A stretch of DNA of 64,000 bases from Candidatus Moanibacter sp. (GTDB lineage: Bacteria; Verrucomicrobiota; Verrucomicrobiia; Opitutales; UBA2987). The notes beneath the pieces were generated by a model. It did no database searches. It saw only the letters and a program-made list of their open reading frames with translations, and had not been told where the DNA came from. Position 1 is the stretch's first letter; each line of letters starts with the position of its first letter. The stretch is taken from assembly GCA_965215885.1 (NCBI GenBank), contig CBDCEW010000075.1, forward strand, positions 1 through 64,000. The letters run 5' to 3'. The translations under genes were made by a program, and so were the position numbers. Of the stretch, positions 10,016-21,526 are shown one piece after another.

Positions 10016-11380
10016 CTAAATTGAATTCCCTGCCGAATTCCAAATTAGGGGCATCATCACGCCTTTTCGGAATAGCGTCACCTGACCTCCGCTCGCTGAA
10101 ACAACTACGGCGATGCAATTCGTCGCCATTGATACTGCCGCGGCCGCGGAGTGTCTCGCACCGAGACCGCTGGGCATATCCCGGTAGTAGTCGCCCGGTG
10201 CGTGAACGAGGCTGCCCGCCGTCTCTACTACCCCATCCCCTCTGATTATGAACGCACCATCAATCGATGAAAATTCCTTTATCGTCTCGTGCATAAAGGG
10301 ATTCAATACATTGCGATCTTCCTCCTTATGCCCAAGAAAAGGGTTTAACACGAGAGGAGTCACCATTCCGTTTACCTTTTCTGTATCGCCGATCACGAAA
10401 AGGCATCCCACCGGTCTCCCCTCCCGTCCTTCAACCGCCAATTCCGAGGCCACTGCCAGGATTCGCTCAATCACGGCCACATTCACTTCCGTCGGCAGCA
10501 GCTCGGCCCCGCGTGTAAGGACCGAATCAAATTCCTTCTCGACGTCGATTACGACGAGAGTATCGAACTGGTTACTTCCTGGAAGCCCTCCCACGCAGCA
10601 GATTCGGTCATCATATTGAATAATCCCGCGCGTAAGACCAATAAGAATAGCGCTCCGAAGTTGAGAAAGACGCTGATTCGAAAAAGATCTCACGGCAATT
10701 GTAGCAGCGAACTTCTTACTCTTCTCAATAGTATCTGAAGAAGGAGTCTCCTTCACGCGGATAGTCTTCATCTTCGATAACGGCCTCGTTGGATCGACGC
10801 CGCCCCTAAATGTGTCGCTGAAGAGGATGGCTACGGTGCAATTCGCTTCTCTCGCTATGGTTTGTGCTTCCTTCAGGAAGAGCCGGTTAAACTGAGTCTG
10901 CCTGAGCACCGGCCTGGCAAGTTCGCCACTAAAGCATTGAAAGAACCTCTCTTTGAAGACCTTCAGGCCTTCCACATCCAGCAGGTAATCGACTACCTCC
11001 CGCTCTTGAAACTGCCGGGCCAAACTGGCTAGAACATTAAGATATTTCTTTTCTTTTTCGGAGGCGAGGAGCAGTACAACAATACGATTATCAGCATATT
11101 CCGGTTTGCCCTGGTAGTGCAACCCGTTCGCACACCGACCGACAGCAAAGAGATAGGGACGTCTCATTTTCAGCCGCAGGTGAGGCATGACGACACCGTT
11201 CCCCAGACAGGTGCTCATGGTATTCTCCCGTTCCAGCAAGTCATGCACAATCCGACGCCTCTTGTGCTTTCCACCCAGGTTCGGCCCAAATACCGCTATT
11301 AATTCGCGCAATGCCCCATGGAAATCCTTACTCTCGATATCGATGATTCGAGATTTCGCTAAATACCGATCGAGGCGCAT
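10016..11380 (-). CDS. PTS EIIA domain fused to a DacZ-type diadenylate cyclase (DisA_N) domain
   Basis: N-terminal RE..MST.LGNGV.MPH (EIIA phospho-His); C-terminal IDGAF and GLGARHSAA. Confidence 0.85.
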   Translation of the reverse strand: MRLDRYLAKSRIIDIESKDFHGALRELIAVFGPNLGGKHKRRRIVHDLLERENTMSTCLGNGVVMPHLRLKMRRPYLFAVGRCANGLHYQGKPEYADNRIVVLLLASEKEKKYLNVLASLARQFQEREVVDYLLDVEGLKVFKERFFQCFSGELARPVLRQTQFNRLFLKEAQTIAREANCTVAILFSDTFRGGVDPTRPLSKMKTIRVKETPSSDTIEKSKKFAATIAVRSFSNQRLSQLRSAILIGLTRGIIQYDDRICCVGGLPGSNQFDTLVVIDVEKEFDSVLTRGAELLPTEVNVAVIERILAVASELAVEGREGRPVGCLFVIGDTEKVNGMVTPLVLNPFLGHKEEDRNVLNPFMHETIKEFSSIDGAFIIRGDGVVETAGSLVHAPGDYYRDMPSGLGARHSAAAAVSMATNCIAVVVSASGGQVTLFRKGVMMPLIWNSAGNSI

Positions 11381-11537
11381 CTGTAAGATTCAGAGGACGT
11401 TTGGGGAGAGATTTCCTTATTCAGCCGAACCGTCTTTCTCAGCAGATTCGAAATTCGGTACGAGATTTGCCAAAAAAGTTTCGGAATCAATAATAGAGAT
11501 TCGGACGGCGTTAGTCAAATTTGAACGAATCTCCTTT

Positions 11538-12608
11538 TTACTCCACGCGTATCCACTGCATGCGGCTGATATCTTGAGTCCCCAAACCGAGAGCCTCGGC
11601 GAACTGCAACATTGGAAGCCGTTCACCCAGGCCAAGGAAACCGGATTCCTTTCGGTGTGCATTTATTCGCTGCAGCATCAGAGCATCGAGCACCACTGGA
11701 TTCACGCTCATCCATATGACAGGCTCAGAACGTGTGTAGAGCGAATTGAAAACTGGTCCCCCGATGTACTGGTAGCGTTCCAGCGGCAATATCGTCATGG
11801 CCAGACTCGCCATCATCTCAGGGATTGCCGCAATTTCCGCGGCCGCGATAGGGGCATTGGCCGGACTGACGAAAAAACGGTCTCGATTACTGATATTCCA
11901 CAAAGTGGCGTTAACAATCGCGCCGCTCACCCCAACCGCAGGGTGATCCATTGCCATCGGTAGGTTTATCCAGAAATCTACATCCGTGAGAAGAGGTTTC
12001 GGCAGAAAGCTCTTGCGCCCATCGCGGTCCATAATCACATCGTAAGATCTCAGCAAATCGGGCGACAACGCCATACCGCTCTTGGAAGGTAAGGCGCTGT
12101 CATAATACCAGATAGGATCAAAGTACTGCTGCGAATCCAGTACCGAGACCGGCACTCCGTCAAACTGCATTCCCTCCCTCCGGCTGAGTAGAGGAATGTA
12201 CCCTGAGTAGCGCAAACGCGTTTCGTTAAGATCCAGTATGAAAAGCTCGTGCGCCCTAAAACCCCGACTCAACAGCTCATCAATTACGGCCTTTACTAGA
12301 GGAAGGGGAGTCGCGATTCCACTGCCGGAATTTGTATACACCTTAATTCCTGCCCTCCTCTTCTTCCCCGGCTTCAACTCCTTTCCCGTTTTCTCCTCAA
12401 AACTAAAGAACAGCTCTTTTATCCCCCTGGAATAATTATCCTGATCGAAATCATTGAGTCCGAATTCCCAGATGTATCGCGTGTAAATGTTACGTTCTCC
12501 CTCATACCCCCAGATTTCAGCCGCTATTCGTAACGGTGAAAAGGTAAGGATAAAGAGAAAAATGAAGGTCCTCCTAATTTCCATTCTTGACACTCCATAA
12601 GACGCCAT
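11538..12608 (-). CDS. DUF362-like protein with N-terminal signal
   Basis: GIKV...TP..LV.AVI..L, INLP..DH..GVSGA..N pattern. Confidence 0.65.
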   Translation of the reverse strand: MASYGVSRMEIRRTFIFLFILTFSPLRIAAEIWGYEGERNIYTRYIWEFGLNDFDQDNYSRGIKELFFSFEEKTGKELKPGKKRRAGIKVYTNSGSGIATPLPLVKAVIDELLSRGFRAHELFILDLNETRLRYSGYIPLLSRREGMQFDGVPVSVLDSQQYFDPIWYYDSALPSKSGMALSPDLLRSYDVIMDRDGRKSFLPKPLLTDVDFWINLPMAMDHPAVGVSGAIVNATLWNISNRDRFFVSPANAPIAAAEIAAIPEMMASLAMTILPLERYQYIGGPVFNSLYTRSEPVIWMSVNPVVLDALMLQRINAHRKESGFLGLGERLPMLQFAEALGLGTQDISRMQWIRVE

Positions 12609-12639
12609 CGAACTTATGTCAGGACTATAATAGGGAACA

Positions 12640-14034
12640 ATGCCGCTAATTCATAAAAAAAGAATATTCGCTCGCCTGTTCCTTATACTGCCAATTTTGA
12701 CGTTGAACGCATGCCGGGATCGAGAATCTGAAATTGCCGAAACGATCAGCATTGCCAATCAGAATCTGGCCGCCGGAGAGGGAGAGCGGGCAATCGCCAT
12801 GCTGGAACGACTCAATAACACCTATCCTGGCGATCTGGCTCTCCTGGAATCATTGGCATTTGCGTATGCCGAGCAAGGGGATTTCATGTTGGCTGCCCAT
12901 TACTTCTCGGAAATTGCGAACTCGGATCCGGCCGAGAAACAGTATCTGATCTACGCCGGCGAAACGCTTAAGAGGGGAGAAGACCTCGAGGGCGCAGCCG
13001 AGGCGTATCGAGAATACCTGAAGTTTAATCCGACTTCGGCCGAAGCGTGGAACACCCTGGGTCAAATTACGGAATCGCTCCTTCAGCCGCGAGCGGCGAT
13101 CGAAGCTTTTCTGGAGAGCCACCAGCTCAAACCGACAGGGAGGAGCGCATTGCGCCTGGGAACCCTTTTCAGCGAATTGGGCAACGTGGCACAAGCTGAG
13201 AGCTGGTATCAGATTGCCATCGAACTCGGCGATGGCAGCGAAGCGCAAGCCTACCTGGGCTTGCTTGCTTTAGCCCTCGAATTGAAGAATTACCCTCTCG
13301 CGGAGAAGATTGTAAAGCGCATCGACGCTATTTACCCAGGCGAACTGGATGTATCTCACCTGGCCTTCAGTCGCAGCGAACTTGAACGATGGCGCGAGCA
13401 GCATGAGGAACTTACACGGAAACTGGAAGAACAGGAACGAATTGCACAAGAATTGAGCGAAAAAGCAGCGGCTGCGCAAAAGGAAGAGCAAGAAGTGGCT
13501 CTCCGTGCCTCCGAGTTAGGGGAGGCGGAGCTGAAGTTGGCTGCTCTCGAGCTCTCTCCCCCACCCCCCTCCGCGGCCGAATTTATTGATAGCGCTCGTC
13601 GTTTGAGACAGGACCAGCGCTTATCGGAGGCAACCCAGAAATACTGGGAAGCAATTAAACTCGACGACAGCAGGCCTGAGATCTGGTATGAGCTTTCCGA
13701 GACGCTGCTGCAGGATAGTCAACTAGCCTGGGCCGAAGCGACCGCCTTGGAAGCCCTTCGCCGAAATTCGCAAAGTAGCCTTTATAATCTTCAGTATCTG
13801 GCCGTAGCACAACGCTCGAAGGCGCCAGAGGAATTCCTGCGGGAATTGATCAGGGCAAAAGAAAGAATACCGCATAGTCCGGAAATTACACTCGCCCTGG
13901 CACGGGGCTACAAGAATATCACTCAAAGCCATCGCAATGCCGCCATTCTCTATAGGGAATTCCTCGAGATGGTTCCCAATCATCCGAATCGCGAGGCCAT
14001 CGAGACCGAATTGAACGCACTGGCACAACCTTGA
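12640..14034 (+). CDS. Tetratricopeptide-repeat (lipo)protein
   Basis: Lipobox-like LNAC; multiple TPR-like helices and a coiled-coil linker. Confidence 0.8.
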   Translation: MPLIHKKRIFARLFLILPILTLNACRDRESEIAETISIANQNLAAGEGERAIAMLERLNNTYPGDLALLESLAFAYAEQGDFMLAAHYFSEIANSDPAEKQYLIYAGETLKRGEDLEGAAEAYREYLKFNPTSAEAWNTLGQITESLLQPRAAIEAFLESHQLKPTGRSALRLGTLFSELGNVAQAESWYQIAIELGDGSEAQAYLGLLALALELKNYPLAEKIVKRIDAIYPGELDVSHLAFSRSELERWREQHEELTRKLEEQERIAQELSEKAAAAQKEEQEVALRASELGEAELKLAALELSPPPPSAAEFIDSARRLRQDQRLSEATQKYWEAIKLDDSRPEIWYELSETLLQDSQLAWAEATALEALRRNSQSSLYNLQYLAVAQRSKAPEEFLRELIRAKERIPHSPEITLALARGYKNITQSHRNAAILYREFLEMVPNHPNREAIETELNALAQP

Positions 14035-14049
14035 AATCGGGCTGACTAA

Positions 14050-15912
14050 ATGCCGCTCATCTCTCGCCGCTGCATCGAGGACATAAAGAACAGAGTCAAC
14101 ATCCACGATGTTGTATCACCTGTTGTATCCCTCAGAAAGTCTGGGAGGAATTTCGTAGGGCTCAGCCCATTTACCAATGAAAAAACGCCTTCATTTTTCA
14201 TTCTTCCCGAAAAGAGCATCTTCAAATGTTTCTCCAGTGGATACGCCGGTGATATATTTCGGTTCATTGAACTTTACGAAAAGCTGACTTTCACTGAAGC
14301 GATTGAGGCGATCGCAAATCGCTTCAACTTGACACTGGAATATGAGAGCGGCCCTTCTCCTCCAAGCCAGGATCGCTCGCTCCGAAAAGAGATTCTCGAG
14401 ATTCACCAGCACGCCGCGGATTTTTATCATCGAAAATTCATGGCACCCGATACTCTGAGCGAGTCCGTTCGCCGCTACTGGTCGGAAGAGAGACGTTTCC
14501 CGCCCGATATGGCCAGGGATTATAAAATCGGTTTCGCCCCTCCTTCCGAGAAATCGCTCCCTTCCGTTCTACAAAAGAGAGGCTACTCACTCAATGCTCT
14601 AAAGAAATGCGGCCTCTTCTATTTTCCCGACCGCGCGACGAATCTGGAGAGATTTCGCCCCCGCTTTCGCGGTCGCCTTATGATACCCATTCGGGACTAC
14701 CGTGGGCAGGTTATTGCTTTTACGGCCCGCAAACTTGCATCCACTCCGGAAGACGACCCTTCCCGCGAAGCAAAATATATAAACTCGCCCGAGACTCCGC
14801 TATTCCAAAAGAGTCGCGTGATATTCGGGCTCGATCACGCGCGTGAGCATATTCGCGAAAATCACCCATTTTTGCTGGTTGAAGGACAATTGGATGCCCT
14901 CCGCTGCTGGCAGTACAGTATCGATTCCGCGGTCGCCCCTCAAGGTACCTCAATCACGGTTGATCAGCTCACACTCCTGAAACGCTACTCTAACCGCATT
15001 GACTGTCTCCTCGACGGCGATTCCGCCGGGAAAAAGGCAGCCCTGCGCCTCCTTCCGATGGCATTTGCGACCGGGCACGATGTTCGGATTCTTCTCCTTC
15101 AGGAAGGCTCTGATCCGGATAGTGTCTTGCTCGAAGGAGGAGTGAAAGCGATCGAAGAACTCAGGAAGAAAGCCGCCTCCGCGATTGAGTTTGCAGTTAG
15201 CTGTCTGCTGCCCGATGAGGAGCCTTCGCCCCAAATGAAAGCCAAAGTATTGACCGATCTGTTTGAGATGATTCTCAACTGCGAGCAGGAGGTCACTCAG
15301 GATGAATACCTTGCCGAAGGGGCAGCTTGCCTCAAAGTGAGTCTGAATTCGGCACGAAACGACTTCCTGAGATTCAAGCGACGAAAATCTCGGAAAAATC
15401 GTTATGGTTACACGGAGACGGCGGAGGCTTTTCAGGAAGAAAATCAATCCCCAAGGTTGACAACTGCCGATTATGAGCTACTTTTGATCGTTTTTCACTA
15501 TCGGGAGCTGGCAAAATCTATTGCGGAAGTTGTTGATTGTGAATGGATTGATACGACATTCCTGCACGGAAAGTTGCTTCGTAAAGTATTAGCCGAGATT
15601 CGTGAAGGCCTGTGGGAAGGCCGTCAGAGTATTGATTGCCTTTTAGAAAACAGTGAAGAGAGGAACTGCGCATACTCAATTTTGGCTGAGGAACCGGCCT
15701 TTGACGAACCTGTCTTAGTGGCTAATGAGTGTATAAAGTCGCTATTCGAGAAATTCCTTCGAGAGAGGGGCCGTCGAATCGAGGATCAAATATCCGATTT
15801 ACCTACTCCTTCCGATGATTTTCCAGCCCTTCAAAGGAAACTTTTCGCACTGCGACACCTGAGGCAAAAAACCCCTCGATTGCCACCACTTGCCGCAACC
15901 ACTCAAACATAA
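14050..15912 (+). CDS. dnaG: DNA primase
   Basis: [21 protein letters not shown] motifs; N-terminal Zn-ribbon-like region. Confidence 0.96.
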   Translation: MPLISRRCIEDIKNRVNIHDVVSPVVSLRKSGRNFVGLSPFTNEKTPSFFILPEKSIFKCFSSGYAGDIFRFIELYEKLTFTEAIEAIANRFNLTLEYESGPSPPSQDRSLRKEILEIHQHAADFYHRKFMAPDTLSESVRRYWSEERRFPPDMARDYKIGFAPPSEKSLPSVLQKRGYSLNALKKCGLFYFPDRATNLERFRPRFRGRLMIPIRDYRGQVIAFTARKLASTPEDDPSREAKYINSPETPLFQKSRVIFGLDHAREHIRENHPFLLVEGQLDALRCWQYSIDSAVAPQGTSITVDQLTLLKRYSNRIDCLLDGDSAGKKAALRLLPMAFATGHDVRILLLQEGSDPDSVLLEGGVKAIEELRKKAASAIEFAVSCLLPDEEPSPQMKAKVLTDLFEMILNCEQEVTQDEYLAEGAACLKVSLNSARNDFLRFKRRKSRKNRYGYTETAEAFQEENQSPRLTTADYELLLIVFHYRELAKSIAEVVDCEWIDTTFLHGKLLRKVLAEIREGLWEGRQSIDCLLENSEERNCAYSILAEEPAFDEPVLVANECIKSLFEKFLRERGRRIEDQISDLPTPSDDFPALQRKLFALRHLRQKTPRLPPLAATTQT

Positions 15913-15920
15913 GAGAATTT

Positions 15921-17666
15921 ATGCCAGCGACAAAGGAAAAGAAACCAGCCAGGACTAAGAGGGCGAACGACGCGCCAAGAGTCGAAAAGGCCAAAAAGTC
16001 GGCCAATAAAGCCGCTCTAATCAACGAGAAAATTCGTGGATTGATCAGGCTTTCCAAGGAGCAGAGTTACCTCACTTTTAAGGACATCAATAAAGCTCTG
16101 CCAAAGTCTGTCAGCAGCTCCGAGGAAATTGAAAATGTAATCTCCATTTTAGAGAACCTCGAGGTCGACATCATCGATTCTGAGGATGTCGAGCGCTACA
16201 AACAACGACTGGAGGAACATACTCAAGCGGAACTCAAGAGTTCACAGCTCGACATACTCGACGATCCGGTACGCATGTATCTTAAGCAAATGGGTCAAGT
16301 ACCCCTGCTTACTCGCGAAGAGGAGGTCGCCATCTCAAAGCGCATTGAAAACGCCGAGTATCGGGCCCAGAGCGAATTGTTTTCGATTGGGATTACGACA
16401 TCGTTCCAAGTCAATCTCGCAAGAAAGCTACTCACGCGCGAGGAGCGTTTTGACCGTATTGTGCTCGATAAGAAAATCGACAGTCGCGAGCGGTATTTCA
16501 AGAATCTTCCGAAGCTGGTCGAACAGGCAGAGGAAATCGATAAAAGAATGGATAAGGCCTGGAACGATATGCTCAATGCAAATACCGTGCCCAGCACCAA
16601 ACGGGCGCTTACTCGTTTCAAGAAATACCAGGCCCGCCTCAAACCGATCTTTAGAAAATTTTGCTTCAAACTCAAGGTCTTCGAAGAACATCTCGCCTCT
16701 TTGGAACCCCTCATAAGAACCACCTCTCACGATTTGGAGCAACTGCGCCTGGCGGAGCTGGCAAGAACACGTCGGCATCGGGCGATCAATAAGGAGAAAG
16801 TCAATGTCCGTTTGGAGAAGCAACGCAATCAGCTGCACCTGGATCCGGAGGAATTCCTCAGAATAATCAGGGAGTTGCGCAAAGGTATGCGGAAAGCGCA
16901 CCGTGCCAAAACGGAAATGGTTGAAGCGAATCTTCGACTCGTGATAAGTATCGCCAAAAAATATACCAACCGCGGGCTCTCCTTTCTCGATCTTATTCAG
17001 GAGGGAAACATGGGCCTCATGAAAGCTGTGGAGAAATTCGAGTACCGCAGGGGATACAAATTTTCAACTTACGCAACCTGGTGGATACGCCAGGCCATTA
17101 CCCGCTCCATAGCAGACCAGGCGCGCACAATTCGCATTCCTGTGCACATGATTGAAACGCTCAATAAAGTCATGCAGGTGCAGAAGCAGCTTCTCCAGGA
17201 ACTCGGTCATGAACCAACCGCGGAAGAAGTGGCTGAAGAAATGCAACTGCCTGTCGAGCGCGTTCAGACGATTATGAAGATGGCACAACAGCCTATCTCT
17301 CTGCAAAGTCCGGTGGGTGATAGCGACGACACCAATTTTGGAGATTTTATTGAGGACAAAGGGGCAGAGAACCCTTACGATATGACCGCCTACAGTCTAT
17401 TGCGTGAGAAAATCATGGATGTTCTGGACAGCTTAACGGAGCGCGAGCGCCGAGTGCTCTCATTGCGTTTTGGTCTGGTTGACGGCTACAGCCGGACACT
17501 GGAGGAAGTGGGAAGGCAGTTCAACGTTACGCGAGAACGTATCCGGCAGATCGAAGCTAAAGCCCTTCGCAAGATGCGACACCCCACTCGCATCCGGCAG
17601 TTGCACGGTTTCTTCGAGCCCGACCACGCTACACGGCAGCTGGAAATTTCGCAACGGAGAGGGTAA
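15921..17666 (+). CDS. rpoD: Primary RNA polymerase sigma factor
   Basis: [51 protein letters not shown]. Confidence 0.97.
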   Translation: MPATKEKKPARTKRANDAPRVEKAKKSANKAALINEKIRGLIRLSKEQSYLTFKDINKALPKSVSSSEEIENVISILENLEVDIIDSEDVERYKQRLEEHTQAELKSSQLDILDDPVRMYLKQMGQVPLLTREEEVAISKRIENAEYRAQSELFSIGITTSFQVNLARKLLTREERFDRIVLDKKIDSRERYFKNLPKLVEQAEEIDKRMDKAWNDMLNANTVPSTKRALTRFKKYQARLKPIFRKFCFKLKVFEEHLASLEPLIRTTSHDLEQLRLAELARTRRHRAINKEKVNVRLEKQRNQLHLDPEEFLRIIRELRKGMRKAHRAKTEMVEANLRLVISIAKKYTNRGLSFLDLIQEGNMGLMKAVEKFEYRRGYKFSTYATWWIRQAITRSIADQARTIRIPVHMIETLNKVMQVQKQLLQELGHEPTAEEVAEEMQLPVERVQTIMKMAQQPISLQSPVGDSDDTNFGDFIEDKGAENPYDMTAYSLLREKIMDVLDSLTERERRVLSLRFGLVDGYSRTLEEVGRQFNVTRERIRQIEAKALRKMRHPTRIRQLHGFFEPDHATRQLEISQRRG

Positions 17667-17713
17667 GATTCATTGTTTACACCTGCAGTAGGCATCATTT
17701 ATACTAATCGGCT

Positions 17714-18007
17714 ATGCAGACAAACTTCACAGAATCGACAGTTGCTTTCCTGCAAGGAATAGGCACTACAGAGCTCCTGATCATATTCTTCGCTATTCTG
17801 CTTCTATTCGGGGCGAAGAAGCTTCCCGAACTGGCCCGCGGGATGGGCAAATCCATAAAGGAATTCAAGAAGGCAACTTCGGACATCGAAGATGACTTCC
17901 GTAGCGCGATGGATGCGGTAGATCCCGATAAACCGGTTCAAGCAGGTAGCACTCCCGCCGCGGATGGTGAGAATAAGATTGCATCTCCCGCCAAGGAAGA
18001 AAGCTAG
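17714..18007 (+). CDS. tatA: Twin-arginine translocase TatA/E
   Basis: LLLFGAKKLPELARGMGKSIKEFKKA. Confidence 0.93.
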   Translation: MQTNFTESTVAFLQGIGTTELLIIFFAILLLFGAKKLPELARGMGKSIKEFKKATSDIEDDFRSAMDAVDPDKPVQAGSTPAADGENKIASPAKEES

Positions 18008-18265
18008 TCCGCTTTTCACGCGAATTCCTTTGAAGCGTTTCGGCGTGCCGGGATCGTAGCAAAAGGTTTATGAAATGTTCGGGCTAGCCCGGACATTTCA
18101 CACACTTCGTAGCGAGATTGCGTAGATTGCTGCGTATCAAAGCCTTTCCGAAGCACGGCGGGCGACAGCGTGTTGGAACCCTCTGAGGTCGCCGGGCAAG
18201 GGAAGGCTTTGAGACGCATCGAGATCCGCGGGCGTAGTAGAAGGTTTGTGAAATATTCGGGCTAG
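18004..18265. mobile_element. MITE-like element family A (complete copy 18084-18265 preceded by a partial copy)
   Basis: TIRs CTAGCCCGGACATTTCACA / TGTGAAATATTCGGGCTAG; internal inverted AAAGCCTTTCC / GGAAGGCTTT. Confidence 0.85.
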
Positions 18266-18750
18266 AGGCAGCTTCGCAGCTGTTCTTTGAGCTTAACGAC
18301 GATATCCGCCGTGACATCAACGGTCGGCACATTGAATTTCTCTTTTGTGCCTCTCATGAGATAGGTCTGCGATCCACCCACGTCGCTCGACCCTATGGGT
18401 TTCAGGATGCGCTTGCGTTCGAGGATAATGGCGATGAGATACTTGAGGACCTCGCGTTCTTCGGTGGCTTCTCCGTCTCCTTCAAAGAGCGAGAGAAAGA
18501 GACCCTCGGAAGTCCTCAATGACTGACTTCTTATCTCGGCTTCGGAAATATCCTCCTTCACGACGTGCTCCCATTTGCCAAGGACCAACCCGGGCGATTG
18601 AAACGCCTGCGCTTCTTCGGCGAGAACGTCGCTTCGCTGAAGGTCGCCTCTCTCATTCTTAAATAGGTAACTGACAATTCTCTCTCCCGGTTTAAAGGCG
18701 CGGCCCGTCACCTCAGAACGTTTGGAAGCCGATTTTACTTGCCAATCCAT
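18262..18750 (-). CDS. Conserved hypothetical protein
   Basis: 162-aa ORF with protein-like composition (ILERKRILK). Confidence 0.7.
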   Translation of the reverse strand: MDWQVKSASKRSEVTGRAFKPGERIVSYLFKNERGDLQRSDVLAEEAQAFQSPGLVLGKWEHVVKEDISEAEIRSQSLRTSEGLFLSLFEGDGEATEEREVLKYLIAIILERKRILKPIGSSDVGGSQTYLMRGTKEKFNVPTVDVTADIVVKLKEQLRSCL

Positions 18751-18892
18751 AATGGGAATGCTTTTCGAAGAAGCGCCTGTAAATGTAAAGTCATTTACAT
18801 CTTCATTTGCGCAATCACTTGTGTAATATTATCTTTGAAACCTGACACGGAATTCTGACGCCGATTTACCTGCCCGACCATTTATCTGACGA

Positions 18893-19498
18893 ATGCCGTT
18901 GAAAAGCGAACTCTCAAATGCGCCCACTTACGCCGGATCTTTCGCCGCTCAAGCCGCCCTCATCATCATCGACATGCAGGAGGCATTTCTGAGAACAATC
19001 CCGGGTTCTCGAGAACTGCTGAGTCGCTGCTGCTTCGCGTCGGAAGCGGCGAAGCTCATGGAGGTTCCGGTATTCCTGACCGAGCAAGTCCCCGACAAAC
19101 TTGGAAGTCTGCATCCCGAATTGAAAGCAGCCGCGTCCCAAGGGAGAGTCTTTGAGAAAAGCGCATTTTCCGCCCTGAATTCCAGTCCGCTCCTCTCCTC
19201 TCTTCGAAACGGCCAATTCAACCATCTCTTGCTTGGTGGCTTAGAGACTTCGATCTGTGTTTATCAAACAGCGATCCAGGCACTACAGGAGCGTTTTGAA
19301 GTTACCCTTCTTACCGATTGTATCGGTGCCCGCCGTGCCAACGACGAATTGGCGGTTCTGGACTATCTGAAGCGGGAAAAACGCTGTCATTTACTTCCCT
19401 CCGAAACGATATTTTATAGTCTCCTGGGTGGCGCGGACCACCCAGATTTTCGAACTTTTACCTCGCTTGTAAAGAAATACAGCGCGCAGACTTCATAA
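18893..19498 (+). CDS. Isochorismatase-family hydrolase
   Basis: IIDMQE, TEQ.P..LG, K..FSA, ETSICVYQT. Confidence 0.88.
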   Translation: MPLKSELSNAPTYAGSFAAQAALIIIDMQEAFLRTIPGSRELLSRCCFASEAAKLMEVPVFLTEQVPDKLGSLHPELKAAASQGRVFEKSAFSALNSSPLLSSLRNGQFNHLLLGGLETSICVYQTAIQALQERFEVTLLTDCIGARRANDELAVLDYLKREKRCHLLPSETIFYSLLGGADHPDFRTFTSLVKKYSAQTS

Positions 19499-20511
19499 TG
19501 TCCGAATCAGAACCCAGCTATCCCAGCGTGCTCGACTTGAAGAACCTCGACCAGAGCCAGAGTGCGACTTTTACGAGCCTCCTTCTTATTCGCCAGGTGC
19601 GGCGTCGAACCGCCAAAAACGGCAATGAATATCTCGCCGTGGAGCTCGGCGACAAAACCGGTAACTTCCAATTTATATGCTTTAACGATTCGCCACCGCA
19701 CCAATTCTTCGCCTCCGCCGAGCCGGGCGCAGTTGTGAAAGTGGACGGGCGCACGGAATACTACCAGGAACGGTTTTCACCCCGTATTCATGCCGTCAAT
19801 CTGGTATCCGAAGAGCGAATAGCATCGGAGAATCTCCTTGAACGGCTGCTCAGTTCGGCCGCTGAGAATGCTCAGTCTCTCTGGGAGGAATTGCTTGGAT
19901 ACGTGAGCGACATAACAGATGAGTCGCTTCGGCATACCGTTAATCAGGTGTTATCGGAAACAGAGGAGAAATTCAGGACTGTCCCGGCGGCCATCTCGAT
20001 GCATCACGCCTATCGAGGTGGTCTACTCGAACACACCGTCCATCTCTGTCGGACATGCAGAGCCTTATTGCCACTGTACCCCGAAGTTGACGCGGATTTG
20101 GCAATGAGCGGTATTATTGTGCACGACATTGGCAAGACTCTGGAGTACTCCGGCGACCTTGCTACCAAACGTAGCCGAGCGGGTATTCTTCACGGCCATG
20201 TAGTCCTTGGCTATAGACTGGTTCGCAAGGCCGCTCTCAAAGCGAAACTGAACCTCCAACAACGAGAGCGGCTCGAACACATTGTGCTGAGCCACCAGGG
20301 CGAGATTGAATGGGGAGCCGCCACCATGGCAGCCACGCCTGAGGCGATTTTTGTATCGATGCTCGATAATCTCGACGCCAAAATGGGAATGGTGCAACAC
20401 GCTCTGCGCACTACGCCGGAAAGGGACGAATTGTCTGAATATTTACCTGGTTTGAAAACCCAACTGCTTACCCGGCCAATCCGTCGAGACGAAGAAAAAA
20501 CCGCCCCCTGA
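19498..20511 (+). CDS. yhaM: OB-fold/HD-domain 3'-5' exoribonuclease, YhaM family
   Basis: PAA..MHHAY.GGLLEH, HDIGK, H..LSHQG. Confidence 0.85.
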   Translation: MSESEPSYPSVLDLKNLDQSQSATFTSLLLIRQVRRRTAKNGNEYLAVELGDKTGNFQFICFNDSPPHQFFASAEPGAVVKVDGRTEYYQERFSPRIHAVNLVSEERIASENLLERLLSSAAENAQSLWEELLGYVSDITDESLRHTVNQVLSETEEKFRTVPAAISMHHAYRGGLLEHTVHLCRTCRALLPLYPEVDADLAMSGIIVHDIGKTLEYSGDLATKRSRAGILHGHVVLGYRLVRKAALKAKLNLQQRERLEHIVLSHQGEIEWGAATMAATPEAIFVSMLDNLDAKMGMVQHALRTTPERDELSEYLPGLKTQLLTRPIRRDEEKTAP

Positions 20512-20628
20512 TCTTTCCTGTCGCAGGCAGTTTTAGGAATATGTCGGCGGTCGAATCGCCCGCAATGCACGAACCCGCGGTGATAGCTGATCGTTTCAGC
20601 GAATCTCTATGCTAAACCCGACAGGTTC

Positions 20629-20810
20629 CAAGCCCGGACAATTCACACACATCGTAGCGAGACTGCGTAGGTTGCTGCGGATCATGGCCTTTTCGCAGTC
20701 CGGCGGGCGACAGCGTGTTAGAACACTTTGAGGTCGACGGAGAAGAGAAGGCCTTGAGGCTCAGTGAGATCCGCAGCCGCAGCAGATGGTTTGTGCAATG
20801 TTCGGGCTAA
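20629..20810. mobile_element. MITE-like element family A copy
   Basis: AGCCCGGACAATTCACACACATCGTAG ... TTGTGCAATGTTCGGGCTAA; collinear with 18084-18265. Confidence 0.8.
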
Positions 20811-21475
20811 GGGAACACTAACTTGAGCTTTCCCCTCTCCAGGGTCGCATCGCTCAATTGTATCCACGCGGGGTACAACTTTTCATATTCCTCCGAGATA
20901 GTGAAACTCTTGGCGGCGAGATTGAATAGGAGTTTCGGCATGCCCCCAAATTCTGGTATTGGACAAGCTCCGATATAACCCGATTGTGCCTCGAATTGAT
21001 AGACCCCACTGTCATTCGACAAACTTCCCTTCGCTTGAAAGAGAAATTTCTTTGACGCAGAAAGAATCGGGATACCTATTTGAGATGAGATTTGCAGTCT
21101 GTCATCGACTATTCGAAAGTTTGGCGTGGCCGGTACCATTTTGACCTTACCCATGATACTCTCACTTTTGCCGGCTTTGGGATCAGGCTTAAAAGACGTG
21201 CGAGCCCACCTGTTCAATTCGCCCTCGCTGATAGCGATGCCTCCCTTCCGAGCCTTCTCGATAATTGCCTTTTTCGTTTTCCAAGTCGTACCCCCCTTTT
21301 CTTCACCGGCGATATAATAAACAACTTTGGGATCCCGCTCCTCTTCCGGCGGCAGTTCCTTCACGAGCGAAATCGGAAGGAAAGCGAGGTTCACTGCCGC
21401 TAACATTGCCCCAATCAGCGCGCTCACTATTGCGAGCGTTAAGGAACCCTCCCAAACTCGGTCCAGATTCTTCAC
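20807..21475 (-). CDS. Hypothetical membrane-anchored protein
   Basis: N-terminal TM helix; 222-aa ORF. Confidence 0.65.
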   Translation of the reverse strand: MKNLDRVWEGSLTLAIVSALIGAMLAAVNLAFLPISLVKELPPEEERDPKVVYYIAGEEKGGTTWKTKKAIIEKARKGGIAISEGELNRWARTSFKPDPKAGKSESIMGKVKMVPATPNFRIVDDRLQISSQIGIPILSASKKFLFQAKGSLSNDSGVYQFEAQSGYIGACPIPEFGGMPKLLFNLAAKSFTISEEYEKLYPAWIQLSDATLERGKLKLVFP

Positions 21476-21526
21476 TCTCTTTAGCCATGATTATCTATCC
21501 TCACTTCTAAACGATTGCCTCGTCAT

